Source of the DNA: a virus
Virus record (IMG/VR): IMGVR_UViG_3300042291_000666
Span: 32,001-96,000 of that record
Strand: one strand, 5' to 3'
DNA: 64,000 nt
The translations under genes and the position numbers were made by a program. Positions 1 to 8,741 of the stretch are shown here, piece by piece (the first letter of the stretch is position 1; every line of letters starts with the position of its first letter). Under the pieces are notes generated by a model. The model did not search any database and was not told where the DNA came from. It worked only from the letters and a program-made list of their open reading frames with translations.

Positions 1-1
1 A

Positions 2-601
2 TTCTCCACCTTTATATGCAGCTGATGCTGGGTGTGAACATTTAAGTATTTTACAATCAGGTAGTAAGGTTTCCCACTCTTCAGCTTTTTTACCCATCAA
101 TATAAATACTGTATCTTTTTTGTGTTTGTTGATATTACCAAATATGTAATTTGTAAATGGTTTCCACAAATTATAGTGTGAACCAATCTTATTAACTTCA
201 ACAGTAAATGCTGTATTAATAAGTAATACTCCTTGATTAGCCCAAAATCTTAGATCTGTATGATCTGTACCTATAGCTTTATTAATATACTGCAAAGACT
301 TTTCAGCTTTACCTTTTTTTGAGCAACTAAATGCTAAACCATCTGCTGATCCTAATTGAGGATAAGGATCTTGTCCCACTATGACAACTTTAAGGTTATC
401 ATATGTGCACTCTTTGAATGCATTAAATACATCTTTGAATGGCGGAGTAAATCTTAGACCATTAGTTACAGCTGTTTCTAAAAAGCTGAATACATCATCA
501 AATGACTTGCTATCTACAAAAGGATTAAGTATTGCATCCCATCCAGATATCTCTGAATCAGATTTTATTTGGTTTTTAAATTTATTTATATTTGGTTCCA
601 T
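2..601 (-). CDS. ung: Uracil-DNA glycosylase, family 1 (3' end runs off the window; absent from the ORF track)
   Basis: Manual translation from ATG at 601 gives MEPNINKFK...VVIVGQDPYP...ADGLAFS...WANQGVLLINTAFTV...SHPASAAY, with the UDG-F1 GQDPY and HP motifs. Confidence 0.95.
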   Translation of the reverse strand, partial: MEPNINKFKNQIKSDSEISGWDAILNPFVDSKSFDDVFSFLETAVTNGLRFTPPFKDVFNAFKECTYDNLKVVIVGQDPYPQLGSADGLAFSCSKKGKAEKSLQYINKAIGTDHTDLRFWANQGVLLINTAFTVEVNKIGSHYNLWKPFTNYIFGNINKHKKDTVFILMGKKAEEWETLLPDCKILKCSHPASAAYKGGE

Positions 602-619
602 TTTTATTATTTTATATTG

Positions 620-627
620 TATATTTG
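620..627 (+). promoter_or_regulatory. Bacteroidota-type -7 promoter element (TATATTTG)
   Basis: Matches TAnnTTTG about 20 nt upstream of the lone + strand ORF at 647. Confidence 0.55.
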
Positions 628-646
628 TCAATAAATACATTTTAAT

Positions 647-1069
647 ATGAGTGAAGAACAAAAATTACAAACAGTTGATACATACAACCCTAATGATATT
701 ATTAAAGGTATTGAAGTATCAACAGCCTATATTCAAGGGCTTCAAAGAATGTTAACAGCAATGTTTTTGAATTATTCAGAAGGTACTGAAAAATTACCTG
801 ATTTGTTTAAAACATTTGAACAAAATCTTGGTAAAAAACAAGAAGATAAAACCAGCTTAAATCTTAATGCAGAACAAGCTGATATCTACACTTTGTTTTC
901 ACTTCTTCAGTTATTTAAATACCATGCAAATGCGCAAGGTTTAGCTAAAAAAACTCAAACTTCAGCTACTATTGAAGAATTAAAAGAAATTGCAACAATG
1001 ATGTCTAAACAAGAAGATGTAAGTGAAAAGTTAAAAGAACTTCAATCTAAAATGAAAATTATAGATTAA
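647..1069 (+). CDS. Hypothetical protein, 140 aa, helical
   Basis: Clean ORF with its own promoter-like element. It is the only + strand gene in the left arm. Confidence 0.8.
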   Translation: MSEEQKLQTVDTYNPNDIIKGIEVSTAYIQGLQRMLTAMFLNYSEGTEKLPDLFKTFEQNLGKKQEDKTSLNLNAEQADIYTLFSLLQLFKYHANAQGLAKKTQTSATIEELKEIATMMSKQEDVSEKLKELQSKMKIID

Positions 1070-1453
1070 TTATCTTAATTGCATTCCACTAAAATCTCCA
1101 ATTTCTATACAGGCTTGAATAGCTAAGTTTAGCTCATCTTTGTCACACTGACCAAAAGACTTGCAGTACTCTTCTTTATTTTTTGTAAAGCAGAGTCCTG
1201 CTTTTCTTTTTACTGCTAGTTTAGCTTCTTCAAATGTGTATCCTATTTCTTGAGCTATTTCTCTAATCATTGCATGTAGTCTGGCCAACTGAGGATTACT
1301 TCCTTTATCACCACTCACGCCAATAAATATTTCTAATTTAGCTCCATCAGGTAAATCATTCAAAAACTTTTGAAACTTATTACCTACAGCTTTGATTGGA
1401 AAATCCAATGCACCATCTTTAATAGTGCACTGGACAAATAAACTATCTTTCAT
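1070..1453 (-). CDS. NinB/Orf-like recombination-associated protein (tentative)
   Basis: SNPQLARLHAMIREIAQEIGYTFEEAK resembles the NinB-family helical motif. Confidence 0.5.
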   Translation of the reverse strand: MKDSLFVQCTIKDGALDFPIKAVGNKFQKFLNDLPDGAKLEIFIGVSGDKGSNPQLARLHAMIREIAQEIGYTFEEAKLAVKRKAGLCFTKNKEEYCKSFGQCDKDELNLAIQACIEIGDFSGMQLR

Positions 1454-1524
1454 CTTAATATCATTGTTAATGAATAACCCTCTTGTTCATCTCCAGGGTC
1501 TGATACTATAATTACTGTTTCCAT
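1450..1524 (-). CDS. 24-aa microprotein METVIIVSDPGDEQEGYSLTMILR (not in the track)
   Basis: Start overlaps the upstream stop (TAATG) and stop overlaps the downstream start (ATGA), so it is coupled at both ends. Confidence 0.6.
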   Translation of the reverse strand: METVIIVSDPGDEQEGYSLTMILR

Positions 1525-1757
1525 TACTTAAACCTTAAAGCTGATCCAACATAAATAAACTCTTGTGCGCATGCTTCACAAACAGCTTCTGTTTCATTTC
1601 TGTGAAGTGTTTTGTTAAGACAATTAGGACAAGGTGTATCTTCTAAATAACTAAACTCCTCACATGATTGTTTAGCTAATTCTTGTATATGAGCATCATG
1701 ATCTCCATTGAAATCTTGCTCTATTGTTTCCATATAAACTTCTTTCATTCTTCCCAT
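1524..1757 (-). CDS. Zn-ribbon protein
   Basis: CPNC...CEAC pair. Confidence 0.7.
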   Translation of the reverse strand: MGRMKEVYMETIEQDFNGDHDAHIQELAKQSCEEFSYLEDTPCPNCLNKTLHRNETEAVCEACAQEFIYVGSALRFK

Positions 1758-1769
1758 AATATTATTTTT

Positions 1770-2015
1770 TTAAACGTACATTTCATGTTCATCATGAACC
1801 TCTATAACTTTTTCATCTAATGGTACAAACCTTTCAGCTCTATAACCAATCCAATGTAAACCAAACTGAGTACGGCCTTCATTAACAACACCTTTAATGA
1901 TATAGACTTTTTGTTCCATACCATTAACGTATTGTTGAATTACTTCATACTCTGTACCTTCTTTAACTGATGCTCCTTGAGGAAGCTTTGTATCATCTAT
2001 GCAAACTACTTTCAT
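1770..2015 (-). CDS. Hypothetical protein, SH3-like
   Basis: MKVVCIDD...EGTEYEV...YRAERF pattern; lies within the operon. Confidence 0.65.
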   Translation of the reverse strand: MKVVCIDDTKLPQGASVKEGTEYEVIQQYVNGMEQKVYIIKGVVNEGRTQFGLHWIGYRAERFVPLDEKVIEVHDEHEMYV

Positions 2016-2025
2016 AATAAATTAT

Positions 2026-2211
2026 TTAAAAGCTATTTTCTGTATGTACATCCCAATCCTCATCTTCATCATCTTCTGAATAAACATTGCCGGTGCCCTG
2101 GCAATCATCACACATTATTTCCTTGTAACAACCACCACAACATTCATTGCTATGATCATGACAATTCATTACTGTAATTGTACCGTCTCCATCACAATTT
2201 GAGCATTTCAT
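2026..2211 (-). CDS. DnaJ-type Zn-finger small protein
   Basis: CSNCDGDG and CDDCQGTG repeats (CxxCxGxG) plus an acidic tail. Confidence 0.7.
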   Translation of the reverse strand: MKCSNCDGDGTITVMNCHDHSNECCGGCYKEIMCDDCQGTGNVYSEDDEDEDWDVHTENSF

Positions 2212-3305
2212 TTACTTAAAGGATTATAGTATTTAATTTTTTTAGGATCAAAATCTCTTAAAGCTGTTTGTACCCATAATTCATCTTGAGTATCTTTATA
2301 ACATAAGATATGGCATGTTGCTTTTTCAGTTGGATTAAGACGTAATAGTCTTCCAATTCTTTGAGCACTTTTTCTTTCATTACCATATGCATGCATAATA
2401 ATACCTTGTTTTAAATTAGGTATAGTAACACCTTCACTTAATTGTAATACACATGATAATCTATCAATTCTACCATCTGAGAATAGTTCTAGGTTTTCTT
2501 CATTTTTAGAGTTCCCAGAATGGTAGCTGTGTTTTGATAGTTTATCTGCTTGCTTTTGAGTATTAGCAAAAATAATACATTTAGTTCCCAAATTGGGAAG
2601 TAATGATTTTACATAATCTTCTTTAGTTGTGTATTCCATTAAAGCTCTCATTCTCATGATTGCTGCAAGTTGTTTAGCTTTCATTGATTGAGCTTCTCCA
2701 CATCTTCCAGTAACATAATCATAATCTTTTCTTTCTGAAGTCCACCAAAAACCTCCTTGTTTTTTGGTTTTTTTTAATGTCAATAACTTTGACAGTTCTA
2801 ATTCATGTACTACTATCTGATAATCATTTAGTATTTTTGAGTCAGTTGCTTCATCAATGGTAAAAGTATATTTAATTGGACAGTACTTGCTTACCATTTT
2901 TCCTTTTTCAGAATCATTGTATTTGGGTGGTGTACCAGTTAAACCTAAGATTTTACCTTTAAAGTTTGAAAGAAATTCAGAATGTGTTTCTAATAAATTG
3001 TGACACTCATCTAAGTATACAATATCATAGTCATTAGGATTTTGTTTTCCTATTGAAAGATATGTGGTAAATGATAAATGATCTGCAAGTTTTTCTATAT
3101 CAAGCTTCTTAAGTTCTGCTAACCAAGAATCTTTAATAGATAACTTTGGTATAACTACCAATGCTTTTATAAAAGGGTTGTAATTTTTTTGGAAATGCTG
3201 AATTGCAATTCTGGTTTTACCTACACCCATACTAATGGCCAAGCCACATCTTTTGTGATTTAATGCAATTTTTAATGCATCTTCCTGTACTGACTGTCTA
3301 CTCAT
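2208..3305 (-). CDS. Superfamily 2 DExH helicase (UvsW/ResIII-like)
   Basis: Walker A MGVGKT, DECH, LTGTP, LSEGVTIP and QRIGRLLR motifs. Confidence 0.92.
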   Translation of the reverse strand: MSRQSVQEDALKIALNHKRCGLAISMGVGKTRIAIQHFQKNYNPFIKALVVIPKLSIKDSWLAELKKLDIEKLADHLSFTTYLSIGKQNPNDYDIVYLDECHNLLETHSEFLSNFKGKILGLTGTPPKYNDSEKGKMVSKYCPIKYTFTIDEATDSKILNDYQIVVHELELSKLLTLKKTKKQGGFWWTSERKDYDYVTGRCGEAQSMKAKQLAAIMRMRALMEYTTKEDYVKSLLPNLGTKCIIFANTQKQADKLSKHSYHSGNSKNEENLELFSDGRIDRLSCVLQLSEGVTIPNLKQGIIMHAYGNERKSAQRIGRLLRLNPTEKATCHILCYKDTQDELWVQTALRDFDPKKIKYYNPLSK

Positions 3306-3729
3306 TGGATTGTTTTATATCTGATAATATTGTATCCAGTGAATGCTTTACATTACTTAAGATTTCATCTTCAATACTTTTGAATTTCTTGTATAATTTG
3401 GTATCAAAGTTTTTCTTTAAGTTATAAAACTTTTTACCTGATACATTTACATCATAAGCATATACATGATTAACAAGTTGGATTCTATCTTCTGTAATAA
3501 CTATAAAATAGTCATTGTACTTAATATATCTTTTGTCTGTTATTGGACATAAAGATAATTCTGAATTTGAATTTTTAAGTACATATGTTGCTATAGATAA
3601 TGCTTTCAATTGATTTACTGATAGCTCTATATCTTTCATGTCTGTACTAACAAAATTCTTTTTATACCATAAGTATTTCTTTAACAATAAACGTTTAAGT
3701 TTGTGCTTTGCGGATTTAAATAATTTCAT
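3298..3729 (-). CDS. Hypothetical basic protein
   Basis: ORF overlaps the helicase start. Confidence 0.7.
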   Translation of the reverse strand: MKLFKSAKHKLKRLLLKKYLWYKKNFVSTDMKDIELSVNQLKALSIATYVLKNSNSELSLCPITDKRYIKYNDYFIVITEDRIQLVNHVYAYDVNVSGKKFYNLKKNFDTKLYKKFKSIEDEILSNVKHSLDTILSDIKQSNE

Positions 3730-3752
3730 AAGTTTAAATTTTTGTTATTTGT

Positions 3753-4001
3753 TTAAAGTTTTTGAATAAGCTCAATTAACTTATTAATAATTATACCTCT
3801 ATCAATTTCATCTTCTATGATAGGTACACATTTTTGTTCTTCACTGAACATGCCTGCATCTTTATCATATACATAAGCTTCTAAAACAAGCTTAAGAATT
3901 TCAATCTTTGATATAATTATTTCATTGTCAAGTCTCTTATTTTCTTTTTCTAAGGCTTCTTTTTCAATAGTAGCTTTAGTTTTTTCAGAATGTTTTTCCA
4001 T
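3753..4001 (-). CDS. Hypothetical protein
   Basis: ORF in operon orientation with an A-rich start context. Confidence 0.65.
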   Translation of the reverse strand: MEKHSEKTKATIEKEALEKENKRLDNEIIISKIEILKLVLEAYVYDKDAGMFSEEQKCVPIIEDEIDRGIIINKLIELIQKL

Positions 4002-4042
4002 AATTAAAGTTTTATTGTTGAGGTAAATATACGTGAATCAAA

Positions 4043-4090
4043 CCATTTTTCACAAAAAAGTGTGATTTGCACCCATTTTTCACCAAAAAA
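4043..4090. repeat. Direct repeat CCATTTTTCAC(C)AAAAAA x2, period 30 bp
   Basis: Copies at 4043-4059 and 4073-4090, intergenic. Confidence 0.7.
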
Positions 4091-4092
4091 AC

Positions 4093-4215
4093 CTATTTTT
4101 CCTGAGAATCCTCAATTACTAAGTATTTTGTACCATCTTCTGTTTTTCTAACCTTGCCTACTAGCATAAGTTCTTTTACAGTTTCAGGATCCAATATATC
4201 AAAGGTTTGTTTCAT
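4093..4215 (-). CDS. 40-aa small protein MKQTFDILDPETVKELMLVGKVRKTEDGTKYLVIEDSQEK (not in the track)
   Basis: Manual translation; fills the gap between operon genes. Confidence 0.6.
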   Translation of the reverse strand: MKQTFDILDPETVKELMLVGKVRKTEDGTKYLVIEDSQEK

Positions 4216-4226
4216 ATATATGATTA

Positions 4227-4529
4227 TCATAAATCAAATAGAATTACCAGGCCAGCAGCACCAATACCTGCCAAAAAGTAAACAAAATTGTTTACCCATT
4301 GAGGATACCATACTGTTGTTGGCTCTGTATCAATATGAATAAGAAAGCTAATCTTTTGTTTTACTGTAGGATAAGTTTCAATTAACCATAAAGTTAAAGG
4401 ATCTTGTTCTGAGCTATCAATATGAAACTCAGCATAAGTGTGTAATTTATGACCAACAAATACATCATTCTTTTGTAAGTGTTCAGGTATTTCTGACAAC
4501 TTAATTACTGATCTTGTTATTTTTTTCAT
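4227..4529 (-). CDS. Hypothetical protein with C-terminal transmembrane helix
   Basis: FVYFLAGIGAAGLVILF at the C-terminus. Confidence 0.7.
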   Translation of the reverse strand: MKKITRSVIKLSEIPEHLQKNDVFVGHKLHTYAEFHIDSSEQDPLTLWLIETYPTVKQKISFLIHIDTEPTTVWYPQWVNNFVYFLAGIGAAGLVILFDL

Positions 4530-4532
4530 ATC

Positions 4533-5072
4533 TTATTTGTTTTTAAATTGTTCTAAATCTTCTATACTCAATGGTCTGTAACCAATAAGGTGAGCATCTA
4601 CATTAAAATACTTATGTACTGTACGTGCTAGTTTACTGTCTTTATCAAGATAGCTGTCATGTACAATAACTTCTTCAAGTTTATTTTCATGATGTATATG
4701 CGCGTGTATGTTTCCTCTATAGAAATGTACTTCATTAGGATGAATAGGTACGTGGGTTAAAATATAACCTTTGTAATCTACTGCACCAGCTACACCATCT
4801 ACATACAATAACAATTCTTTTATGTCTTGATGTCTGTCATGGTTTCCTAATACAACAATCTTTCTACCATTTAACTGGTCAAACTTAAAGTAATGTAAGG
4901 ATTTCTCCATAGTAACATCACCAATAATATAGGTTGTATCTCTTTTGCTTACAACTTTGTTCCATTCTTGAATAAGAAAAGCATCATGCTCTTCTTCATC
5001 AGTCCATCCTCTATGAATAGCCATATTTTTATGTCCCATATGGAGACAACCAATAAATCTTACTTTGCTCAT
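4533..5072 (-). CDS. Calcineurin-like metallophosphoesterase
   Basis: GCLHMGH, IGD, LGNHD, THVP and HAHIH motifs. Confidence 0.9.
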   Translation of the reverse strand: MSKVRFIGCLHMGHKNMAIHRGWTDEEEHDAFLIQEWNKVVSKRDTTYIIGDVTMEKSLHYFKFDQLNGRKIVVLGNHDRHQDIKELLLYVDGVAGAVDYKGYILTHVPIHPNEVHFYRGNIHAHIHHENKLEEVIVHDSYLDKDSKLARTVHKYFNVDAHLIGYRPLSIEDLEQFKNK

Positions 5073-5144
5073 GTTTTTGTTTTTAAAAGTGTCACATATG
5101 ATAGTTTATTGCATGAATTTTTAGTAAAGTTTCATGCACTTTTG

Positions 5145-5230
5145 TAGCCGGAGAGGGATTTGAACCCACACGGATATTGCTATCCAAAGGATTTTAAGTC
5201 CTTCATGTCTACCAGTTTCATCATCCGGCC
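5145..5230 (-). tRNA. trnL: tRNA-Leu(UAA), long variable arm, CCA not encoded
   Basis: GGCCGGA/TCCGGCT acceptor stem, AAGGA-CTTAAAA-TCCTT anticodon arm, GGTTCAAATCC T-loop. Confidence 0.93.
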
Positions 5231-5354
5231 AAGTTGGTGTGGATTTGCTGTTGGCACCACACCATTGCAAGTATTACCTTAGCTTGCGCCACCATTCATG
5301 AACTTCAGACATCCCAATGGTTGTTATTGTACTATCTGAGTCAAATAACAGCTG

Positions 5355-5428
5355 TGATTCAATCAGGATTTGAACCTGAAACCTACGTCTTAGAAGGGCG
5401 TTGCTCTATCCAGTTGAGCTATTGAACC
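5355..5428 (-). tRNA. trnR: tRNA-Arg(UCU), CCA not encoded
   Basis: GGTTCAA/TTGAATC acceptor stem, TAGCTCAACTGGATAGAGC D-arm, CTTCTAA loop (one C-A mismatch in the anticodon stem), GGTTCAAATCC T-loop. Confidence 0.9.
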
Positions 5429-5434
5429 ATCATG

Positions 5435-5442
5435 CAAATATA
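5435..5442 (-). promoter_or_regulatory. Bacteroidota-type -7 element (TATATTTG) for the tRNA pair
   Basis: Perfect TAnnTTTG ending 6 nt upstream of tRNA-Arg. Confidence 0.7.
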
Positions 5443-5454
5443 ATACTTAAAACT

Positions 5455-6171
5455 TTAAGAGAATATGTTTTTTCTAATATAGTCTTGAGCATACTTTGGG
5501 TCTCCCATTGCTTTTATAGTAGCTAAATGTTTATCTAACTTTAATAAAGCTTTGGCATGGTCATATTTGCCATACTCACTAGTAAATACAGTTAAGAAGT
5601 TAAATTTAACCCATCTATCTGCAGTACCTATCTTAATAAAAAAGTCAGAAAATGCTTTACACATCTCTGATGTTTTAGAATTTGTAATTACAAACTCACC
5701 TTTTTTAATAAGTGTGGAAGTTCCTGATCTGTTTGGTTGATCCATAGCAATCATTGCAATCATTGAAGGCTCTAAATTATATAAGTTTATATACTTTAAA
5801 AGTGTCATATAATCTGTATTTACATATTTCCATGCATTTACATAATTAATTAAGTTCCAAGATTTACTTGTATTGTTTAAAGCAGCCATTTTTTCAACTA
5901 ATTCATCATCAGTGTCAATTTTCACAACTCTGTATACAATAGGTAATCCTTCTCTTTGACAAGCAGTAAACAAATGTTGTCCATCTATGATATAATTGCG
6001 TGTGATACCATCAATTAAATTTGTTTCAGCAACTATTACATCTCTGATACATCCCATATTTCTAATACTAGTAACCATTTTTTCTACATGCAATGACTGA
6101 ATTTCTCTATTCATTGGTAGAAAGTAAAATTTACTGTAATCCGTTGTTGTTTTTTGTTTTATGTGTTTCAT
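5455..6171 (-). CDS. ParB/Sulfiredoxin-like N-terminal domain protein
   Basis: LPMNREI...YIIDGQHLFTAC...LNNTSKSW motifs. Confidence 0.8.
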   Translation of the reverse strand: MKHIKQKTTTDYSKFYFLPMNREIQSLHVEKMVTSIRNMGCIRDVIVAETNLIDGITRNYIIDGQHLFTACQREGLPIVYRVVKIDTDDELVEKMAALNNTSKSWNLINYVNAWKYVNTDYMTLLKYINLYNLEPSMIAMIAMDQPNRSGTSTLIKKGEFVITNSKTSEMCKAFSDFFIKIGTADRWVKFNFLTVFTSEYGKYDHAKALLKLDKHLATIKAMGDPKYAQDYIRKNIFS

Positions 6172-6361
6172 CTTTAAACTCTTTTAATTTATTAATAATG
6201 TGTTTCTCTGAGCAACCCAATGCTTCAGCAGCTTCTCTTTGTGTTTTATACTTAAGTAAGGCTTTTTTGATGAGTATGTTTTTGTTCTCCTCTAAATTTA
6301 ATGTTTCACTCATTACTTGTGATTTAATGTCTGCTATCTGAAAATCCAAGTTCAATGGCAT
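6131..6361 (-). CDS. Fis-type HTH protein
   Basis: LNLEENKNILIKKAL...TQREAAEALGCS. Confidence 0.75.
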   Translation of the reverse strand: MPLNLDFQIADIKSQVMSETLNLEENKNILIKKALLKYKTQREAAEALGCSEKHIINKLKEFKDETHKTKNNNGLQ

Positions 6362-6593
6362 CAGCAGGATTTGTTTCTATCCAAGTATGACAATTTCTAC
6401 ATACTGGTAACCAGGTAGTTATATCTAAATGATATTTTCCTCTACCTTTTTTGTGATGAACATCTGTTGCATGCAAAGAACACTGATGGATCTTTGCATG
6501 ACAAACTGGATGTTCTGTTAGATAAACTTTGCGTATTTTAGAATACTCAGAGTTAGCCTTTGATAGTTTGGCTGATACTTTTCTGATTGTCAT
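6324..6593 (-). CDS. HNH endonuclease-like protein
   Basis: C...C...DVHHKKGR...WLPVCRNCH. Confidence 0.8.
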   Translation of the reverse strand: MTIRKVSAKLSKANSEYSKIRKVYLTEHPVCHAKIHQCSLHATDVHHKKGRGKYHLDITTWLPVCRNCHTWIETNPADAIELGFSDSRH

Positions 6594-7107
6594 TTTCTTT
6601 TAATGTAAAGAAATTCTTTGGCAATAGGCCTTTAGACATAAATCTTAAGATTACGTCTTCATAAGTAATACCCAAATCTTTTAAGGATAGAGTGTTGTTG
6701 TAGTCTTCCAATATTTCATCTTCTGGTACTGAGATAATATACTCTGCAGTTGGTCCATGAAATGTTCTACGGAAAAAGTCATTAATTCTTTTGTTACAAA
6801 TAGTTTGTTTCCAAGCATTTATCTCTCTTTGAGATCTTCTCCATACTTTGGATATTCTTCTTTTCTTATCCCAGTGTAGAGTTTCAATTTCTTCTTTGGT
6901 ATACACATTAAGGCCGTGTAATACTCTCTTAAACAAGAAGTGTTGATAGGAATTTAACTTGTTGTAACTTAAATTGTTAATGATTGACGGTGGATGCAAT
7001 TGGTATTCTTCCAATAATCCATAATACTGATACCGTGATTCACGGAGACTGATGAGTCTTATAGATTCATCTGTCTGGAGCTGGTTTAATTGTTCTTGAG
7101 ATAGCAT
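6553..7107 (-). CDS. Hypothetical protein (probable start 7107)
   Basis: The track's upstream extension runs through a structured intergenic region. MLSQEQ has the better start context. Confidence 0.7.
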   Translation of the reverse strand: MLSQEQLNQLQTDESIRLISLRESRYQYYGLLEEYQLHPPSIINNLSYNKLNSYQHFLFKRVLHGLNVYTKEEIETLHWDKKRRISKVWRRSQREINAWKQTICNKRINDFFRRTFHGPTAEYIISVPEDEILEDYNNTLSLKDLGITYEDVILRFMSKGLLPKNFFTLKENDNQKSISQTIKG

Positions 7108-7232
7108 ACATGTTTTGTTATGAGGTTTTAAGTGTGTAACGTGATTTATATAAATAGAAAAGGCTAAGGCACATGTAGCCATTATTTAATTTCCTCTGAT
7201 GGAAAACCTTTTATATTATATTGGGAGTTTAA

Positions 7233-7826
7233 TTAAAGTTCAAAAGTATCTTCTTCTACAAGATCTAACTCTTCAACTTCATTAGTAGTTTCAATGTCAT
7301 CAAATGATGGAGCAACTACTTCTTCTTCTTTAACATTGATACCAAATGCTTCTGCAGATGTTGCTTTATCAACTTTAACTGAAGACTTTGCTAAATTGAA
7401 AGATGATCCTCCATTAGCTTCTTTGATATCTTGACCATTAGTATGAGCAACTAACACATCTTCTGCAGTGATATCACTTACATAGAATGTTTTCCTATAG
7501 ATAGGTTGACCATCTTGACAACATACAATACCAGTTTCACCGGCATATTTGTAATCTCTTTCTGGATCTGTGTTGTTAAAAGGCTCTAATGATTCTTTGA
7601 TTACAATTTTACCAGGTAATGATTTAACATTTTCAAGACCTAAGCTTTGTAAATCTTCTAACTTACCATGTAACAATGTACTTAATACGGATTTCTTAAC
7701 CCAACCTGTGTTACCAAAGGTTACTCTTTCTTGTTGTAATCTTACGTGACCAAATTCTGAGTTTGTGCTTGATTGACGGATAACATTACCCATGTCATCA
7801 GCAATGATGTTTACTTTACTTTGCAT
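7233..7826 (-). CDS. Putative single-stranded DNA-binding protein
   Basis: Beta-rich N-terminus and a long acidic tail ending EEDTFEL, as in phage SSBs. Confidence 0.55.
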   Translation of the reverse strand: MQSKVNIIADDMGNVIRQSSTNSEFGHVRLQQERVTFGNTGWVKKSVLSTLLHGKLEDLQSLGLENVKSLPGKIVIKESLEPFNNTDPERDYKYAGETGIVCCQDGQPIYRKTFYVSDITAEDVLVAHTNGQDIKEANGGSSFNLAKSSVKVDKATSAEAFGINVKEEEVVAPSFDDIETTNEVEELDLVEEDTFEL

Positions 7827-7877
7827 TTCTTTTTGATTTTAAATTGTGAATAATAAATGATTTAATGTATCTAAGGA

Positions 7878-8171
7878 TTAGATATCATCTGAGTGGAAAT
7901 CTGAGTCTTCCAATTTTTCATTATCTTCTATCTCATACAATTCCGGTTCATGCTCTATGATTAAATCATCAATTAGTTCTTCTAATGAATCATCATCAAT
8001 GTGTAAGGGAATTGCAACTGGTTTAGAAAATGAATTGTAAAAAGGATCACCCACTTCTTTTGTATAACCTGCACTAAGACCGTTTAAGTCTCTAACCTCA
8101 TCATCTGACAAGGATAGATACTGCTCTACTGAGCATTCAATTATACGACCATTTGGCAACTGTATTATCAT
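7878..8171 (-). CDS. Very acidic hypothetical protein
   Basis: D/E-rich C-terminal half; TACATTTG promoter element at 8201-8208. Confidence 0.7.
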   Translation of the reverse strand: MIIQLPNGRIIECSVEQYLSLSDDEVRDLNGLSAGYTKEVGDPFYNSFSKPVAIPLHIDDDSLEELIDDLIIEHEPELYEIEDNEKLEDSDFHSDDI

Positions 8172-8291
8172 TTATTGTTCATTTACTTAAAGTAGACCAA
8201 CAAATGTATAATAATATAATTGTTATTAATAGCATAATTTTTCTTATTTTTTCTGAGTGCAAAATATAAAGAGCATATATATAGCTAACGT

Positions 8292-8543
8292 TTATTTTAT
8301 TGTTAGCTTTCTACCTACCCGTTTTATGTAATTACATGTTTTAAGTTCCTTAATCAATCTGTTAGTAGATGATTGACTTATATTTAAGTCATCTGATAGT
8401 GTGGAGATTGATGGCCAACATGTTCTTTCTTTGTTTGCATAACAAGCAAGCATTGAATACAGTGCTTTTGCTTGTATAGATAGATTTGGATCTGAAATTA
8501 CTTCATATGCAACTATACCAAATCTAGTTGATTTCTTGGACAT
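8292..8543 (-). CDS. Winged-HTH protein resembling a phage replication-initiator N-terminal domain
   Basis: DPNLSIQAKALYSML...CWPSISTLSDDLNISQSSTNRLIKEL. Confidence 0.8.
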   Translation of the reverse strand: MSKKSTRFGIVAYEVISDPNLSIQAKALYSMLACYANKERTCWPSISTLSDDLNISQSSTNRLIKELKTCNYIKRVGRKLTIK

Positions 8544-8739
8544 GATCTCTCATGATTAATAAGAGTGCTGTGTTATGATCTCCTTCATTAGAAAGAGCTT
8601 CATTTTTAAAAGCATACTTCTCATTCATATATTTACCAAAGTTTTGTATTTTGCCATCTGGTACGGCATCTAATGATTTTTTTAAACCTAACCAAGAATC
8701 TAATTCTATTTTAAGTAAAGGCATTGTGATTTTTGACAT
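8524..8739 (-). CDS. Hypothetical protein
   Basis: ORF overlaps the next gene. Confidence 0.65.
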   Translation of the reverse strand: MSKITMPLLKIELDSWLGLKKSLDAVPDGKIQNFGKYMNEKYAFKNEALSNEGDHNTALLLIMRDHVQEIN

Positions 8740-8741
8740 AA

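Noticed and set aside
381-650. 89-aa + strand ORF from the track
   Set aside because: It is the antisense shadow of the uracil-DNA glycosylase gene.
5231-5354. Theta/HDV-like ribozyme after the tRNA
   Set aside because: I could not find the nested double pseudoknot or the HDV-type L3 loop; only simple hairpins are evident.
5234-5425. 63-aa + strand ORF
   Set aside because: It is antisense to tRNA-Arg and the structured spacer.
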